A stretch of 64,000 nt of DNA from an uncultured Anaerolineales bacterium (GCA_937928795.1 CALFWB010000003.1:56971-120970), one strand, 5' to 3'; shown: positions 17,697 to 27,564, counted from the stretch's first letter. The notes: generated by a model from the letters alone, not told the origin. Numbers and translations: made by a program.

Positions 17697-18749
17697 TTAG
17701 CGGCTTTGTCCTTGGTGAACAGCGGCGAGTTGTCCACAACCAGCTTGAATTGAAATGCCACGCGGTTGACGTACTGTACACGGGATTTGATGTTGCTCCA
17801 GAACGGCTTTGAATTGTTGAATCCTTTGTTTGGTCGGCGGCTTTCCTTGATAACCCTGCGTAGGATTGAGAGGGATGAGGTTTACATGACAAAGCAAGCC
17901 TTTTATCAGTTTAGCCAGCTTTTGGGCTTGCTCAGGGGTGTCATTCACTTCTTGAATGAGCACCCATTCAAAACTAATACGCCGTCGGGTTTGCTTTACA
18001 TACTCACGGCAGGCTTCTAAGAGCATGTCTAACGGGTACTTACGGTTTATCGGCAAAAGTTTTGAACGCAAATCGTCATCAGCCGCGTGAAGAGAGATCG
18101 CTAGATTAATTTGCCTCTTCAGAGCAGTAAATTTACGGATCATGGGCACAATACCAACCGTTGAGATGGTGAAGCGACGTTCGCCAAAGTTAAAGCCACT
18201 CGGATCGTTGAGTCGGTCAATTGCTTGTAAGGTTTGATCGAAATTGTGAAAGGGTTCTCCCATTCCCATGACAACAATATTGGTTAGCGCTTTCCCCTCT
18301 CTTCGTAAAAGACGTGCAAAATATAAAACCTGTTCGATAATTTGTCCGCTGGTTAAGTTGGATAGAAACCCCATTTGGCCGGTTGCGCAAAAGACGCATC
18401 CCATGCCGCATCCAGATTGGGAAGAAATGCACAAGGTGTTGCGGTCTTTGGACTGCATCAGAACCGCCTCTATAGGGTTAGCCGGTGACGTATGGAATAA
18501 AACTTTACGGGTTAGCCCTTGATCGCTGATCGATTCCCCAACCGGCTCAATCGACTGGAAAATAAAATGTTCACCTAATTTCTGACGCAACCCTTTAGGA
18601 AAAGAGGTGAATTGATTGGCTTGATTCCAGAGATTATGATAAAGCCCTTGCCACAATTGCGTAAGGCGGTAAGAGGGTTCACCCCATTCTTCCAGAATAT
18701 CGGATAAGTCTTCCTTGGAATAGTCCAAGATTAATGTGGATTGATTCAT
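17697..18749 (-). CDS. rlmN: 23S rRNA/tRNA (adenine-C2)-methyltransferase, radical SAM
   Basis: 350 aa. Radical SAM motif CGMGCVFCATG, with downstream GMGEP and a C-terminal GCGQL. Confidence 0.9.
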   Translation of the reverse strand: MNQSTLILDYSKEDLSDILEEWGEPSYRLTQLWQGLYHNLWNQANQFTSFPKGLRQKLGEHFIFQSIEPVGESISDQGLTRKVLFHTSPANPIEAVLMQSKDRNTLCISSQSGCGMGCVFCATGQMGFLSNLTSGQIIEQVLYFARLLRREGKALTNIVVMGMGEPFHNFDQTLQAIDRLNDPSGFNFGERRFTISTVGIVPMIRKFTALKRQINLAISLHAADDDLRSKLLPINRKYPLDMLLEACREYVKQTRRRISFEWVLIQEVNDTPEQAQKLAKLIKGLLCHVNLIPLNPTQGYQGKPPTKQRIQQFKAVLEQHQIPCTVRQPRGISIQAGCGQLAAVHQGQSR

Positions 18750-18760
18750 AAATCAAGAGA

Positions 18761-19555
18761 TCAGAGATGATCGATGACCTCCTCAAAATCTTTGCGGATT
18801 AGGTTAGGAGAGGGGATCCAAGCTTCTGCTTGCTCGGCAGTGGTCACGCCCGAAAGCACAAGAGCGGTTTGACAACCAAGTTGCTGACCTCCTAAGATAT
18901 CAGTTTCCAAGCGGTCACCAACGACCAAGCATTCAGATGGGGAAACATTCATTCGCTCAAGCGCAATTTGGTACATAAGCGGGTCCGGTTTGCCGACCAC
19001 GATGGGTTTTTTATCACTGGCGGTTTCAAGGAGAGCCAAAATCGCTCCAACACCCGGTATTAGACCTTGTGGCGTGGGAAAGGTGCGGTCACTGTTGGTC
19101 GCAATGAACTCCGCCCCCGAACGGAGAAGGAGAGTAGCCTGACAGAGTTGTTCAAATCTCAAGTCCCAATCCATCCCGACGACCACAGCAGCCACGTTTT
19201 GATGTTCTTGACCATTGGTGATGTTGAAACCTTGTTTGAGCATTTCCTGACGCAAACCGTCCTTTCCGATCACAAATATCGTGCTGCCACGCTGAAAATG
19301 TTGCGTCATATAAACTGCTGCTGCCTGAGGGGAGTTTACAATTTGCTCGGCGGTGAGCTGCACACCAAAGGAGGCTAACTTTTGGAGATACTGTTCCACA
19401 GTCAATGTTGCATTATTGGTGGCTAGCGTAATCCTTAAACCTCTTTGGCGAATCTTTTGGAAAATGCGCGGTAGGTCGCCAATCGGTTGCGATTGGCGCC
19501 ATAGGACGCCATCCATATCGACAATGAGAGCTTTAATTGGCTTTGTAGAATCCAT
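18761..19555 (-). CDS. HAD-superfamily hydrolase, subfamily IIA (NagD-like)
   Basis: 264 aa. Contains DMDGVLW, ATNN and VGDRLETDI. Confidence 0.85.
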   Translation of the reverse strand: MDSTKPIKALIVDMDGVLWRQSQPIGDLPRIFQKIRQRGLRITLATNNATLTVEQYLQKLASFGVQLTAEQIVNSPQAAAVYMTQHFQRGSTIFVIGKDGLRQEMLKQGFNITNGQEHQNVAAVVVGMDWDLRFEQLCQATLLLRSGAEFIATNSDRTFPTPQGLIPGVGAILALLETASDKKPIVVGKPDPLMYQIALERMNVSPSECLVVGDRLETDILGGQQLGCQTALVLSGVTTAEQAEAWIPSPNLIRKDFEEVIDHL

Positions 19556-19578
19556 AGTTCTCTTTCGAGGAAGAGGGT

Positions 19579-19606
19579 GTAGAACAACTCGGATGAGTTG
19601 TTCTAC
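19579..19606. repeat. Hairpin related to the repeat-family core (GTAGAACAACTC-GGAT-GAGTTGTTCTAC)
   Basis: 12-bp perfect stem that differs from the family core GTAGGACAACTC by one compensated position. Lies between the clpP stop and the HAD gene start. Confidence 0.6.
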
Positions 19607-19637
19607 ATTCTATTGAGACTGACCCTGCTGGGTATAG

Positions 19638-20273
19638 CTAAGCTTTGGTTGGAAGTGCCATCCGTTTCGATTCTGGGATCTCCATCACTTGATCGACGAT
19701 GCCATATTCCACAGCTTGTTGAGCCGTCAGATAAAAATCGCGTTCCGTATCCTTTTCGATGGTTTCAATGCTTTGACCAGTATGGAGAGATAGGATTTCA
19801 TTCAAGCGTGATTTCAAGCGGAGGATCTCTTTAGCTTGAATCTCGATATCCGATGCTTGTCCTTGAGCGCCGCCCAGAGGTTGATGCATGTGGATTGTAG
19901 CATGAGGAAGAGCATAGCGTTGACCCTTTGTGCCGGCGGTCAAAAGCACAGTACCGAATGATGCCGTCATCCCCACTGCTAAGGTGCTAATTGGATTGGG
20001 GATCATTTGCATCGTATCGTAAATTGCCATCCCGGCGTACACCTGACCGCCTGGGGAGTTGATATACATCTGAATAGGGCTCTCAGGGTCTTCGCTGCTC
20101 AAGTACAGCAGTTGGGCAACGATGAGATTTGAAATCTGATCGTTAATCGGCGTGCCGAGGAACACAATGCGGTTCTTGAGCAGCAAAGAGTAAATATCAT
20201 AAGCCCTTTCACCATGACCGGAGGTCTCGATGACCATTGGAATTAAGGATGCGGGAAGAGAGATATTTTTCAT
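19638..20273 (-). CDS. clpP: ATP-dependent Clp protease proteolytic subunit
   Basis: Contains [19 protein letters not shown] and catalytic Ser/His contexts (GMTASFG, IHMHQP). ATG 20273 with AAGGA upstream is preferred over TTG 20294. Confidence 0.95.
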   Translation of the reverse strand: MKNISLPASLIPMVIETSGHGERAYDIYSLLLKNRIVFLGTPINDQISNLIVAQLLYLSSEDPESPIQMYINSPGGQVYAGMAIYDTMQMIPNPISTLAVGMTASFGTVLLTAGTKGQRYALPHATIHMHQPLGGAQGQASDIEIQAKEILRLKSRLNEILSLHTGQSIETIEKDTERDFYLTAQQAVEYGIVDQVMEIPESKRMALPTKA

Positions 20274-20321
20274 TTTTTCTTTTCCTTTTACCAACTTGAA
20301 TTGTTTAAGTCCATCGTATTG

Positions 20322-21782
20322 TTAGTTTTCCATTTCGGATGTGTTGTTCGCTTCCGATGCATGTGTTTCGATTTCGACTTCATCGGTTTTATCTAATTCG
20401 GATTGGGCTAAGTCTGTGGGAATATCCTTTTCAGTGCCGCCCATTATTTCGCCACTTACTTCGCCCTTGGCAATTTGTCTTAACTTTTCAAAGGCGCCAT
20501 CCAAAACTTGATCCATCATGTGTTGTTCGGTGATTTGAGAAGCCACATCCCTTAACAATTGCTCAGGAATGCGGCTATTTTTTGTTTTTTCCCGAAAGTT
20601 TTGGACTGCCCGGTGAACATTCTCGCGGACTTGAAGCGGATCAATGCGAATATTTTCCACCTTAGCTATTTCGAGCAAAGTTAATACATACTTAATGCGA
20701 TAATCAACAGCCTGATTAACTTCCTCCTCAAACTGTTCTTCACTGATACCGCGAATTTTTTTATAGAGTTCAAGGTCTATCTTGAGTTGACCCAATCTTT
20801 GACTTAATTCTTTGAGGTAAGCTTTACGCTCCCTTTCGGCCATTTCAGGAGGATACTCGATTTTTGAGCGATTGATAACCTCTTGAAGCACTTTGTGATC
20901 ATACTCTTCCAAGTAATTTGCCAAGGCTTGTTCTTCTAGGATTGAGCGGATGGAGTTTCTCAATTCCTCAAGAGAGGTATATTCTCCGATGGATTGAGCG
21001 AATTCGTCGTTGAGTTCTGGTAAAACCCTCGCCTTGATTTCCTTGATTGTGCCTTCAAAATGAACATCCACCCCCTTGAACTCAAGGCTAGGAGCATCCT
21101 CTGAATAGCTGAAATCAACCCGAAACTCGTCATTTATTTGCCTACCGATCAATACTCTACTAAAACCGCTGAATGGATATTCCCATCCATCCCGATTTTC
21201 TTCGAGGATTTGGATTAGTAAATCTTGCTTTTCTACAATGACCTGAGAAGTAACTTCTCCCTTTTCCTTTCGATAGCCAACAAGGTCGATATAAACCACA
21301 TCACCTTCTTGAATCGGTCGCTCGACAGGCTCAATTACAGCATTTTGTTGACGCAAGGGTTCTAAGGCTTTGTCTATATCCTCCTCGCTGACCGTTGGTG
21401 GCTCGTAAGGAATTCGAATCGAATGATAATCTCCTAATTCAACCAGAGGTTCAAGGGGGACCAGAATCTCAAGTTTGATCGGGTCGATACTGTGAATGGA
21501 TTCCAACCTGCCTTGACCAGATGGTTCAATCTTTTCGTTTTCTAGGATTTCTGGGTAAGCTTTATCAAGAAAAACCTCGATGGTTTCTTCTTGAAGAAGA
21601 GCGGGGTCCAGATGCTTGAGCAGAATTGGATAAGGTGCCTTTCCGGGTCGAAAACCTGGGACTCGGATTTGTTTCCCCAATTTTTGGGCGGCGGTGCGTC
21701 GAGCCGTTTCGGTCTCTTCCTGAGTGGCTTCGACCACAACCTTAAGGACGCGATTCTCTAAGGGGGTTGTTTCTACTCTCAA
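20322..21782 (-). CDS. tig: Trigger factor
   Basis: 486 aa. N-terminal ribosome-binding motif GFRPGKAP. TTG start with AAGGAAAG upstream. Confidence 0.9.
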   Translation of the reverse strand: MRVETTPLENRVLKVVVEATQEETETARRTAAQKLGKQIRVPGFRPGKAPYPILLKHLDPALLQEETIEVFLDKAYPEILENEKIEPSGQGRLESIHSIDPIKLEILVPLEPLVELGDYHSIRIPYEPPTVSEEDIDKALEPLRQQNAVIEPVERPIQEGDVVYIDLVGYRKEKGEVTSQVIVEKQDLLIQILEENRDGWEYPFSGFSRVLIGRQINDEFRVDFSYSEDAPSLEFKGVDVHFEGTIKEIKARVLPELNDEFAQSIGEYTSLEELRNSIRSILEEQALANYLEEYDHKVLQEVINRSKIEYPPEMAERERKAYLKELSQRLGQLKIDLELYKKIRGISEEQFEEEVNQAVDYRIKYVLTLLEIAKVENIRIDPLQVRENVHRAVQNFREKTKNSRIPEQLLRDVASQITEQHMMDQVLDGAFEKLRQIAKGEVSGEIMGGTEKDIPTDLAQSELDKTDEVEIETHASEANNTSEMEN

Positions 21783-21970
21783 GGCTCATCTTTCCTTATG
21801 GTTAGAGAATTTGTTTATCGCACGGAATTATATCATGCACTCATTAACGATATGTAAAAAATTTTATAGGCTGCACCACCTCTGGTTTGCTCCTAGCATT
21901 CGGCCCCAAAGAATTTGGGGGAGGTGTCCGAAGGACAGAGGGGGTCACTTCCGTGACTGTTTCAAGAGCC

Positions 21971-22048
21971 GTGTCCACGCAAAAGTTGTAGGACAACTCA
22001 TTGAGTTGTCCTACAAAGCAATGTTGCCAGCAACTTTTGAGTGCACAC
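21971..22048 (+). repeat. Full-length 78-bp nested-hairpin repeat element
   Basis: 76/78 identical to 61607-61684. Outer arms GTGTCCACGCAAAAGTTG / CAACTTTTGAGTGCACAC complement at 16/18. Inner perfect 12-bp hairpin at 21988-22014. Confidence 0.9.
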
Positions 22049-22238
22049 CACTACGCCTCGTCAATTCTCCCCGACGCCGTTCTTGTGATAGACTTAGAAA
22101 ACCACGCCGGAGGACAGATTTCAATCCGAAGATATACGATGAATTATGGCACTACAAGGCTTAGGCTGCGCGCCAACTCAGGCCCTTTATCAACCCCCGC
22201 TATCCTTTGGGGCAGCAGTCAAATCGTTCATAACAAAT

Positions 22239-22320
22239 GGGGAAGGCGGGACTTGAACCCGCACGCCTTGCGGCACATGATCCTAAGTCATGCCTGTCTG
22301 CCAATTCCAGCACTTCCCCG
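22239..22320 (-). tRNA. tRNA-Leu (anticodon TAG)
   Basis: The reverse complement folds with acceptor GGGGAAG/CTTCCCC, anticodon loop CTTAGGA, a long variable arm and T arm GCGGG-TTCAAGT-CCCGC. Confidence 0.9.
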
Positions 22321-22392
22321 GCAAATTAAATTATAAGCAAGGGTTGAATTTCCGTCAATAAAAATTTTGCTTGGTGAGGTCAAAGAGAAAAG

Positions 22393-22812
22393 ATGAGTAG
22401 GATTGTTAACTCACAAAACGGCTATCGAATCCGTGAAAAGGCATTGAGGCTAATTGGCAATGCCATCAACGAGGCATCAAAAACCAACGACATTGTAGCC
22501 TTATTAGATATTGCATCATTTATTGCATTAACGCTTGACGAAATTGAGAATACCGTCCGAGAGACTGCAAATGCTTGGGAGAAGAGAGACTACTGGGTCA
22601 AAGCCGACCAATTTCGCTCTGAATGGCAATGGGTGGGGGAGGTAAAAACGAATCTTGCTGCAGCAATTCAAGAGCGAGATAGCCAAAGAATCCTAACTGT
22701 CTTCGAAGGATTACGAAAGAATAAGATAATTCTCGAAGGGATGCTCAATGCCAAGAAGGGTAGAGTTGATTATTCGGGCTCCTATGAGCGTTTTAGGAGA
22801 AAAATCAACTGA
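22393..22812 (+). CDS. Hypothetical protein (139 aa, soluble, helical)
   Basis: Intact ORF with an AGAGAAAAG-type SD region. I recognise no motif. Confidence 0.5.
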   Translation: MSRIVNSQNGYRIREKALRLIGNAINEASKTNDIVALLDIASFIALTLDEIENTVRETANAWEKRDYWVKADQFRSEWQWVGEVKTNLAAAIQERDSQRILTVFEGLRKNKIILEGMLNAKKGRVDYSGSYERFRRKIN

Positions 22813-22865
22813 GGGATTCCCTTTACCACTTTACCGAAAATCCCAAAAACATATTCCCGCGGACC

Positions 22866-22910
22866 TTGACATTTTTGAGATTATGATTATGATAACTATC
22901 ATTATCATAA
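22866..22910 (+). promoter_or_regulatory. Promoter TTGACA-N16-TATGAT overlapped by palindrome TTATGATAA-N6-TTATCATAA
   Basis: TTGACA at 22866-22871 and TATGAT at 22888-22893. 9-bp inverted repeat at 22887-22895 / 22902-22910, 24 nt upstream of the recombinase ATG. Confidence 0.55.
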
Positions 22911-22933
22911 TTATTAATCAATAGGACTAAACA

Positions 22934-23956
22934 ATGAAAACAGAAGAAAATCAACCCGTCATAACAACCTCCCAAGCTATTCGCGATTTTCTGGAAATGA
23001 TCAAGCGTTCGCGCAGTCAGAACACCCACCGCACTTATGCCAATGCCCTATCGTATTTTCTTCAAGTTATCCAAGAAAAAAACAAGAACGACCAACCGAT
23101 TGCAGAACTCAGTGAAGAGTTGCTCATTCAATGCATCGATCAACTCCACGCCTACACCCCTGCTACGGAAAAACTATATCTGACGGCGATCTATCGCTTC
23201 TACGAATACCTGACCGCCTCCAAGATTGTTGATTTTAATCTGCCTCATCTTCGTCTACTGATGCGCCAGCGCTCGCGTCGCTATGGGCAACGCTTGCCTC
23301 AATTTCCCAGAAATCAAATTGAGGAATTAATCGATTATGCAAATAATCTTACATCTAAACTCCCTGAAAAACGCGTCGAACGGTTACGTCTTTTCCGAGA
23401 CCGGGCGCTTATTCTCACTCTTGCCGATACCGGTTTGCGCATCCATGAAGCTTGTAATTTGCGCCGTGGCGATATCGATTGGGCAGAACAAAAAGCAGTC
23501 ATCATCGGCAAAGGCAATCAGCAGGCTATCGTTCGATTTTCTTCGCGTTCACTGCAAGCCATTAAAGAGTACCTGACGGAGCGTTCGCCATTGGATGGGG
23601 CATCGGGGAAACCCATCGCCTCTTTGCCGGTTTTTGCCCGTCACGATCGAGGCGCCGGCAAGAAAGTTAAACCAATCTCAACGACAACCGGACGTCTCAT
23701 CATTGACCATCATGCCTTGATTGCATTAGGGAAAGAAGCTGCTGAAACAATTACTCCTCACTCCTTTCGTCATTATTTCGTCACAACGGTCTTAAGGGGA
23801 TCGGGAGGTAACCTAAAACTAGCTCAGGAATTGGCACGCCATAAGTCGATCAGCGTCACTCAGCGGTATGCGCATCTCTCCAATGACGAATTAGACCGGG
23901 GATACCATGAGATTTTTAACCAACCTACCCCGTCGCCTTCCAACGCAGAAGCATAG
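22934..23956 (+). CDS. Tyrosine recombinase / integrase (XerC/D-like)
   Basis: 340 aa. N-terminal SAM-like core-binding region. Catalytic-region motifs (TGLRIHEACNLR, HSFRHYF, ARHKSISVTQRYAHL). Confidence 0.9.
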   Translation: MKTEENQPVITTSQAIRDFLEMIKRSRSQNTHRTYANALSYFLQVIQEKNKNDQPIAELSEELLIQCIDQLHAYTPATEKLYLTAIYRFYEYLTASKIVDFNLPHLRLLMRQRSRRYGQRLPQFPRNQIEELIDYANNLTSKLPEKRVERLRLFRDRALILTLADTGLRIHEACNLRRGDIDWAEQKAVIIGKGNQQAIVRFSSRSLQAIKEYLTERSPLDGASGKPIASLPVFARHDRGAGKKVKPISTTTGRLIIDHHALIALGKEAAETITPHSFRHYFVTTVLRGSGGNLKLAQELARHKSISVTQRYAHLSNDELDRGYHEIFNQPTPSPSNAEA

Positions 23957-24103
23957 CTTGATCCCTAGCAGGGTGAAGGATGTCATATAAACCGATACAT
24001 TTTGATAGTTCCGCTATATTAAACTCCCCAAGGACTATGTGAAATCTATCACTTAACTACAGGATCAATCTCAGTTATGATCAAAAAAGATGGAGTCGAA
24101 TCG

Positions 24104-25657
24104 ATGACCAGTGAAGATCCGCGCATTGCTGAACTTAGAAGATTAAGAGAAAAGGCGCGTCTAGGGGGTGGAGTGGAGCGCATTGCTACCCAGCACGCAA
24201 AAGGAAAACTCACCGCTCGCGAGAGGCTAGACCTCTTACTCGACAAGGGAACCTTCAACGAACTTGAACCTTTTATCACCAATTTGCCCGACGAAATGGG
24301 TCTGGCTTCGGAGCAATATTTGGGGGATGGTGTTGTCACCGGTTATGGTCAGATCAATGGTCGCACCGTCTATGTCTACGCCCAAGATTTCACTGTATAC
24401 GGCGGAACGCTATCCGCCATGCAGAGCCATAAAATCTGCCGCGTGATGGACTTGGCGATGCGAAATGGTGTACCCATCATTGGACTGATCGACTCAGGGG
24501 GCGCCCGCATCCAAGAAGGTGTGCGCAGTTTAGGTGGATACGCCGAAATTTTTCGCCGCAATGCCCAATATTCTGGGGTAATCCCCCAAATTAGCGTGAT
24601 GCTGGGACCTTGCGCTGGCGGGGCAGCGTACTCTCCTGCGCTAACCGACTTAATTATCATGGTAGAGAAAAAATCTTTCATGTTCATTACCGGTCCTGAG
24701 GTGATCAAAGCGGTTACAGGTGAAATTGTTGACCCCGAAACCTTAGGCGGTGCAGAAGTTCACATGTCCATCACTGGCACTTGTCATCTCGTTGCCTCGG
24801 ATGAAGAAGACGCCTTGTGGTTGACCAAAAAAGTACTCAGTTACTTACCCTCAAACAACGTTGAAAACCCTCCTTATATTCCACCGCAAGATGACCCATT
24901 GAGAATGGACGAAGAATTAAATTCTATCGTTCCATTAGACCCTGCTATTCCCTATCGAATGCATGACGTGATTGCCCACGTAGTGGACGACGGCGAGTTC
25001 CTAGAAATTCAACCCGGTTGGGCAAAGAATGCTATTATCGGTTTTGCCCGCATGGGAGGTCACAGCGTGGGGATTGTTGCCCAGGAACCGAGCGAAATGG
25101 CAGGCATCATTGACATTGATGCTTCCGATAAAATCGCTCGTTTTGTGCGCATGTGTGACTGTTTCAATGTGCCCATCCTTACGTTTGTCGATTCACCCGG
25201 TTTCTTGCCCGGAATCGATCAGGAACACAGTGGCATTATCCGACATGGTGCTAAGGTACTTTACGCTTACTCCGAAGCCACTGTCCCCAAGATCACAGTG
25301 ATCACCCGCAAGGCTTACGGCGGCGCTTATGTGGTGATGAGCAGCAAATATCTTGGCACGGATGTTACCTACGCCTGGCCAAGTGCTGAGATCGCTGTTA
25401 TGGGCGCAGAAGGGGCAGTCAATATTCTCTATCGCAAAGTGATTGAGAAAGCTACGGACCCGGTCGCAGAGCGAGCCAGACTCGTCGAGCAGTATCGGTC
25501 TCAATTTAATAACCCCTACTATGCGGCGAAAGCCGGTTATGTAGATGACGTCATTGAACCGCGCGAAACTCGTCCAAAGGTGATCGCCTCCCTAGCTGCC
25601 CTGCGCGATAAATTCTCCTCGGCGCCACCACGCAAACATGGCAATATACCGATGTAG
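24104..25657 (+). CDS. Acyl-CoA carboxyltransferase (methylmalonyl-CoA decarboxylase alpha / PccB-like 12S subunit)
   Basis: Contains QHAKGKLTARERLDLLLD, and GGARIQEG and GPCAGGAAYSPA motifs. ATG 24104 (GGAG 8 nt upstream) is preferred over ATG 24077. Confidence 0.9.
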   Translation: MTSEDPRIAELRRLREKARLGGGVERIATQHAKGKLTARERLDLLLDKGTFNELEPFITNLPDEMGLASEQYLGDGVVTGYGQINGRTVYVYAQDFTVYGGTLSAMQSHKICRVMDLAMRNGVPIIGLIDSGGARIQEGVRSLGGYAEIFRRNAQYSGVIPQISVMLGPCAGGAAYSPALTDLIIMVEKKSFMFITGPEVIKAVTGEIVDPETLGGAEVHMSITGTCHLVASDEEDALWLTKKVLSYLPSNNVENPPYIPPQDDPLRMDEELNSIVPLDPAIPYRMHDVIAHVVDDGEFLEIQPGWAKNAIIGFARMGGHSVGIVAQEPSEMAGIIDIDASDKIARFVRMCDCFNVPILTFVDSPGFLPGIDQEHSGIIRHGAKVLYAYSEATVPKITVITRKAYGGAYVVMSSKYLGTDVTYAWPSAEIAVMGAEGAVNILYRKVIEKATDPVAERARLVEQYRSQFNNPYYAAKAGYVDDVIEPRETRPKVIASLAALRDKFSSAPPRKHGNIPM

Positions 25658-25674
25658 AGGGGAGCGAGGTATCC

Positions 25675-26007
25675 ATGTCAAATCTTGTCCTAGCTTTACA
25701 AATAACGCTCTTCGGAATGTTCCTGATTTTTGTCGCAATGGTTTTGCTGTGGGCACTCCTTGCCTTGATGGTCTTTATTTTGGCGAGAGTTCAAACCTCC
25801 AAAACTGAAGAAATCGAGGGAACTGACGAAAACAGCGAAGAAGAGCAAATGAGGCAACAGGCTGTGGCAGTCGCTGTCAGTGCTGCCTTGCACCAGAGGA
25901 CAATTGCTGGACCGGGAAGATTCCCCCTGCCACCCACAGCTTTTGTTTCCGCATGGCAAGCTGTTCTGCGCAGTCATATTCTCAATAAGAGAGGGGTGGC
26001 AAGATGA
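25675..26007 (+). CDS. OadG-like small membrane subunit of Na+-translocating decarboxylase
   Basis: 110 aa with a single N-terminal TM (ITLFGMFLIFVAMVLLWALLALMVFIL). Sits between the carboxyltransferase and the BCCP. Confidence 0.7.
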   Translation: MSNLVLALQITLFGMFLIFVAMVLLWALLALMVFILARVQTSKTEEIEGTDENSEEEQMRQQAVAVAVSAALHQRTIAGPGRFPLPPTAFVSAWQAVLRSHILNKRGVAR

Positions 26008-26438
26008 AGTATAAAGTCAAAATTCACGATAAGCTCTTTGAAGTCGAAATAGAAAATCTGGACCAACGTCCCATTATCGCCAAGGTGGATGGATGCACCT
26101 ACGAAGTATATCCTGTCGAGGAAAAAGCAGCAAAACCGCAAAAACGAGAAATCAGCATGAATCCACCTTTAGAGAAAATCGCACCAGTACCGCCCAAATC
26201 TGTCTCTGCAAATTCCCTTAATACAGTTAAGTCACCCATTCCGGGCGTTGTGACCAGCATTGAAGTTGCCATAGGTCAAGAGGTTCAGGAAGGCGATCCA
26301 CTCTGTGTTATCGAGGCGATGAAAATGAAAAACACGATTCGATCGCCACGACCTGGCGTGATTAAGTTTATCCCAATTCAAGTTGGGAAACATGTGCGTC
26401 ACAATGAGGTCCTAATCGAATTTGAAGGGAACTCTTGA
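26004..26438 (+). CDS. Biotin carboxyl carrier protein subunit
   Basis: 144 aa with the biotinyl-lysine motif EAMKMKN. Confidence 0.9.
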   Translation: MKYKVKIHDKLFEVEIENLDQRPIIAKVDGCTYEVYPVEEKAAKPQKREISMNPPLEKIAPVPPKSVSANSLNTVKSPIPGVVTSIEVAIGQEVQEGDPLCVIEAMKMKNTIRSPRPGVIKFIPIQVGKHVRHNEVLIEFEGNS

Positions 26439-26442
26439 TTGA

Positions 26443-27564
26443 ATGAATTCACTCCTGCTCGGCTTTTTTGAACTTCTGAAAGGCTTTCAAGACCTCAGCC
26501 CGGTCAAAATTCTGATGATCACTGTAGGTCTGGTCTTGATTTACCTTGCCATTGCAAAAGAATACGAACCAGTCCTCCTCCTGCCGATCGGTTTTGGCTG
26601 TATTGCGACGAACCTCCCGTTCTCAGCCCTAACTGGCGAGCAGGGTTTTCTGACCCTGCTCTACCAAACAGGGATTGTCACGGAGTTATTCCCACTGTTG
26701 ATTTTCATTGGCGTTGGGGCAATGATCGATTTCAGCCCGCTGTTATCCAAGCCCTCCTTGCTCGTATTCGGCGCCGCCGGTCAGTTCGGTATATTTGGGA
26801 CGTTAATCTTAGCTACCCTGCTGGGATACCCTCTCCCCCAGGCTGCTTCGATTGGGATTATTGGCGCAATTGATGGTCCCACTGCAATTTATGTTTCAAG
26901 CAAATTGGCTCCTGAACTTCTTGCTCCAATTGCAGTGGCGGCATATTCCTATATGAGCCTGATTCCCATTATTCAGCCCCCAATTATGAGGCTAGTCACA
27001 AATCAAAAAGAACGTGCAACGCAAATGGCTTACGTTGAAAAACCCGTATCAAAATCAACGCGGGTCATCTTCCCAATTGGGGTTACAATTCTCGTGTCGA
27101 TCCTAGTTCCCGAAGCTGCTCCTTTGATCAGTATGCTCATGTTAGGAAACCTGCTTCGAGAGAGCGGAGTGGTAGAACGGCTGAATCAATCCGCTCAAAA
27201 TGAACTGATTAACATTGCAACACTTTTTTTGGGGTTAGCGATCGGGTCAACCATGAAAGCCGAAAATTTTATTCGGCTCGACACCCTCATCGTCTTAGTT
27301 TTAGGGCTGCTTGCGTTTGGCTTGGACACTCTGGTAGGACTATTATTTGGCAAATTCGCTTATTGGCTTACCAAAGGCAGAATCAACCCCCTAATCGGTG
27401 CCTCTGGAATTAGCGCTTTTCCAATGGCTGGAAGATTGGCAGCCCGAATGGCTAACGATGAAAATCCTAATAATTTTATCATTATGCAAGCAATGGCAAC
27501 CAATACCGCCGGACAGATTGCTAGCGTGATTGCCGGTGGAGTTCTATTAGCTCTGTTGCGATAG
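26443..27564 (+). CDS. Na+-translocating decarboxylase beta subunit (OadB/MmdB/GcdB family)
   Basis: 373 aa, polytopic, with conserved-looking family motifs (IGAIDGPTAIY, SGISAFPM). Confidence 0.9.
   Translation: MNSLLLGFFELLKGFQDLSPVKILMITVGLVLIYLAIAKEYEPVLLLPIGFGCIATNLPFSALTGEQGFLTLLYQTGIVTELFPLLIFIGVGAMIDFSPLLSKPSLLVFGAAGQFGIFGTLILATLLGYPLPQAASIGIIGAIDGPTAIYVSSKLAPELLAPIAVAAYSYMSLIPIIQPPIMRLVTNQKERATQMAYVEKPVSKSTRVIFPIGVTILVSILVPEAAPLISMLMLGNLLRESGVVERLNQSAQNELINIATLFLGLAIGSTMKAENFIRLDTLIVLVLGLLAFGLDTLVGLLFGKFAYWLTKGRINPLIGASGISAFPMAGRLAARMANDENPNNFIIMQAMATNTAGQIASVIAGGVLLALLR

Noticed and set aside
21724-22164. 146-aa plus-strand ORF, and the 61522-61716 minus-strand ORF, both containing the peptide VGQLIELSY.
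   Set aside because: The shared peptide is simply the translation of the palindromic repeat element. The ORFs span intergenic DNA and the tig start region.
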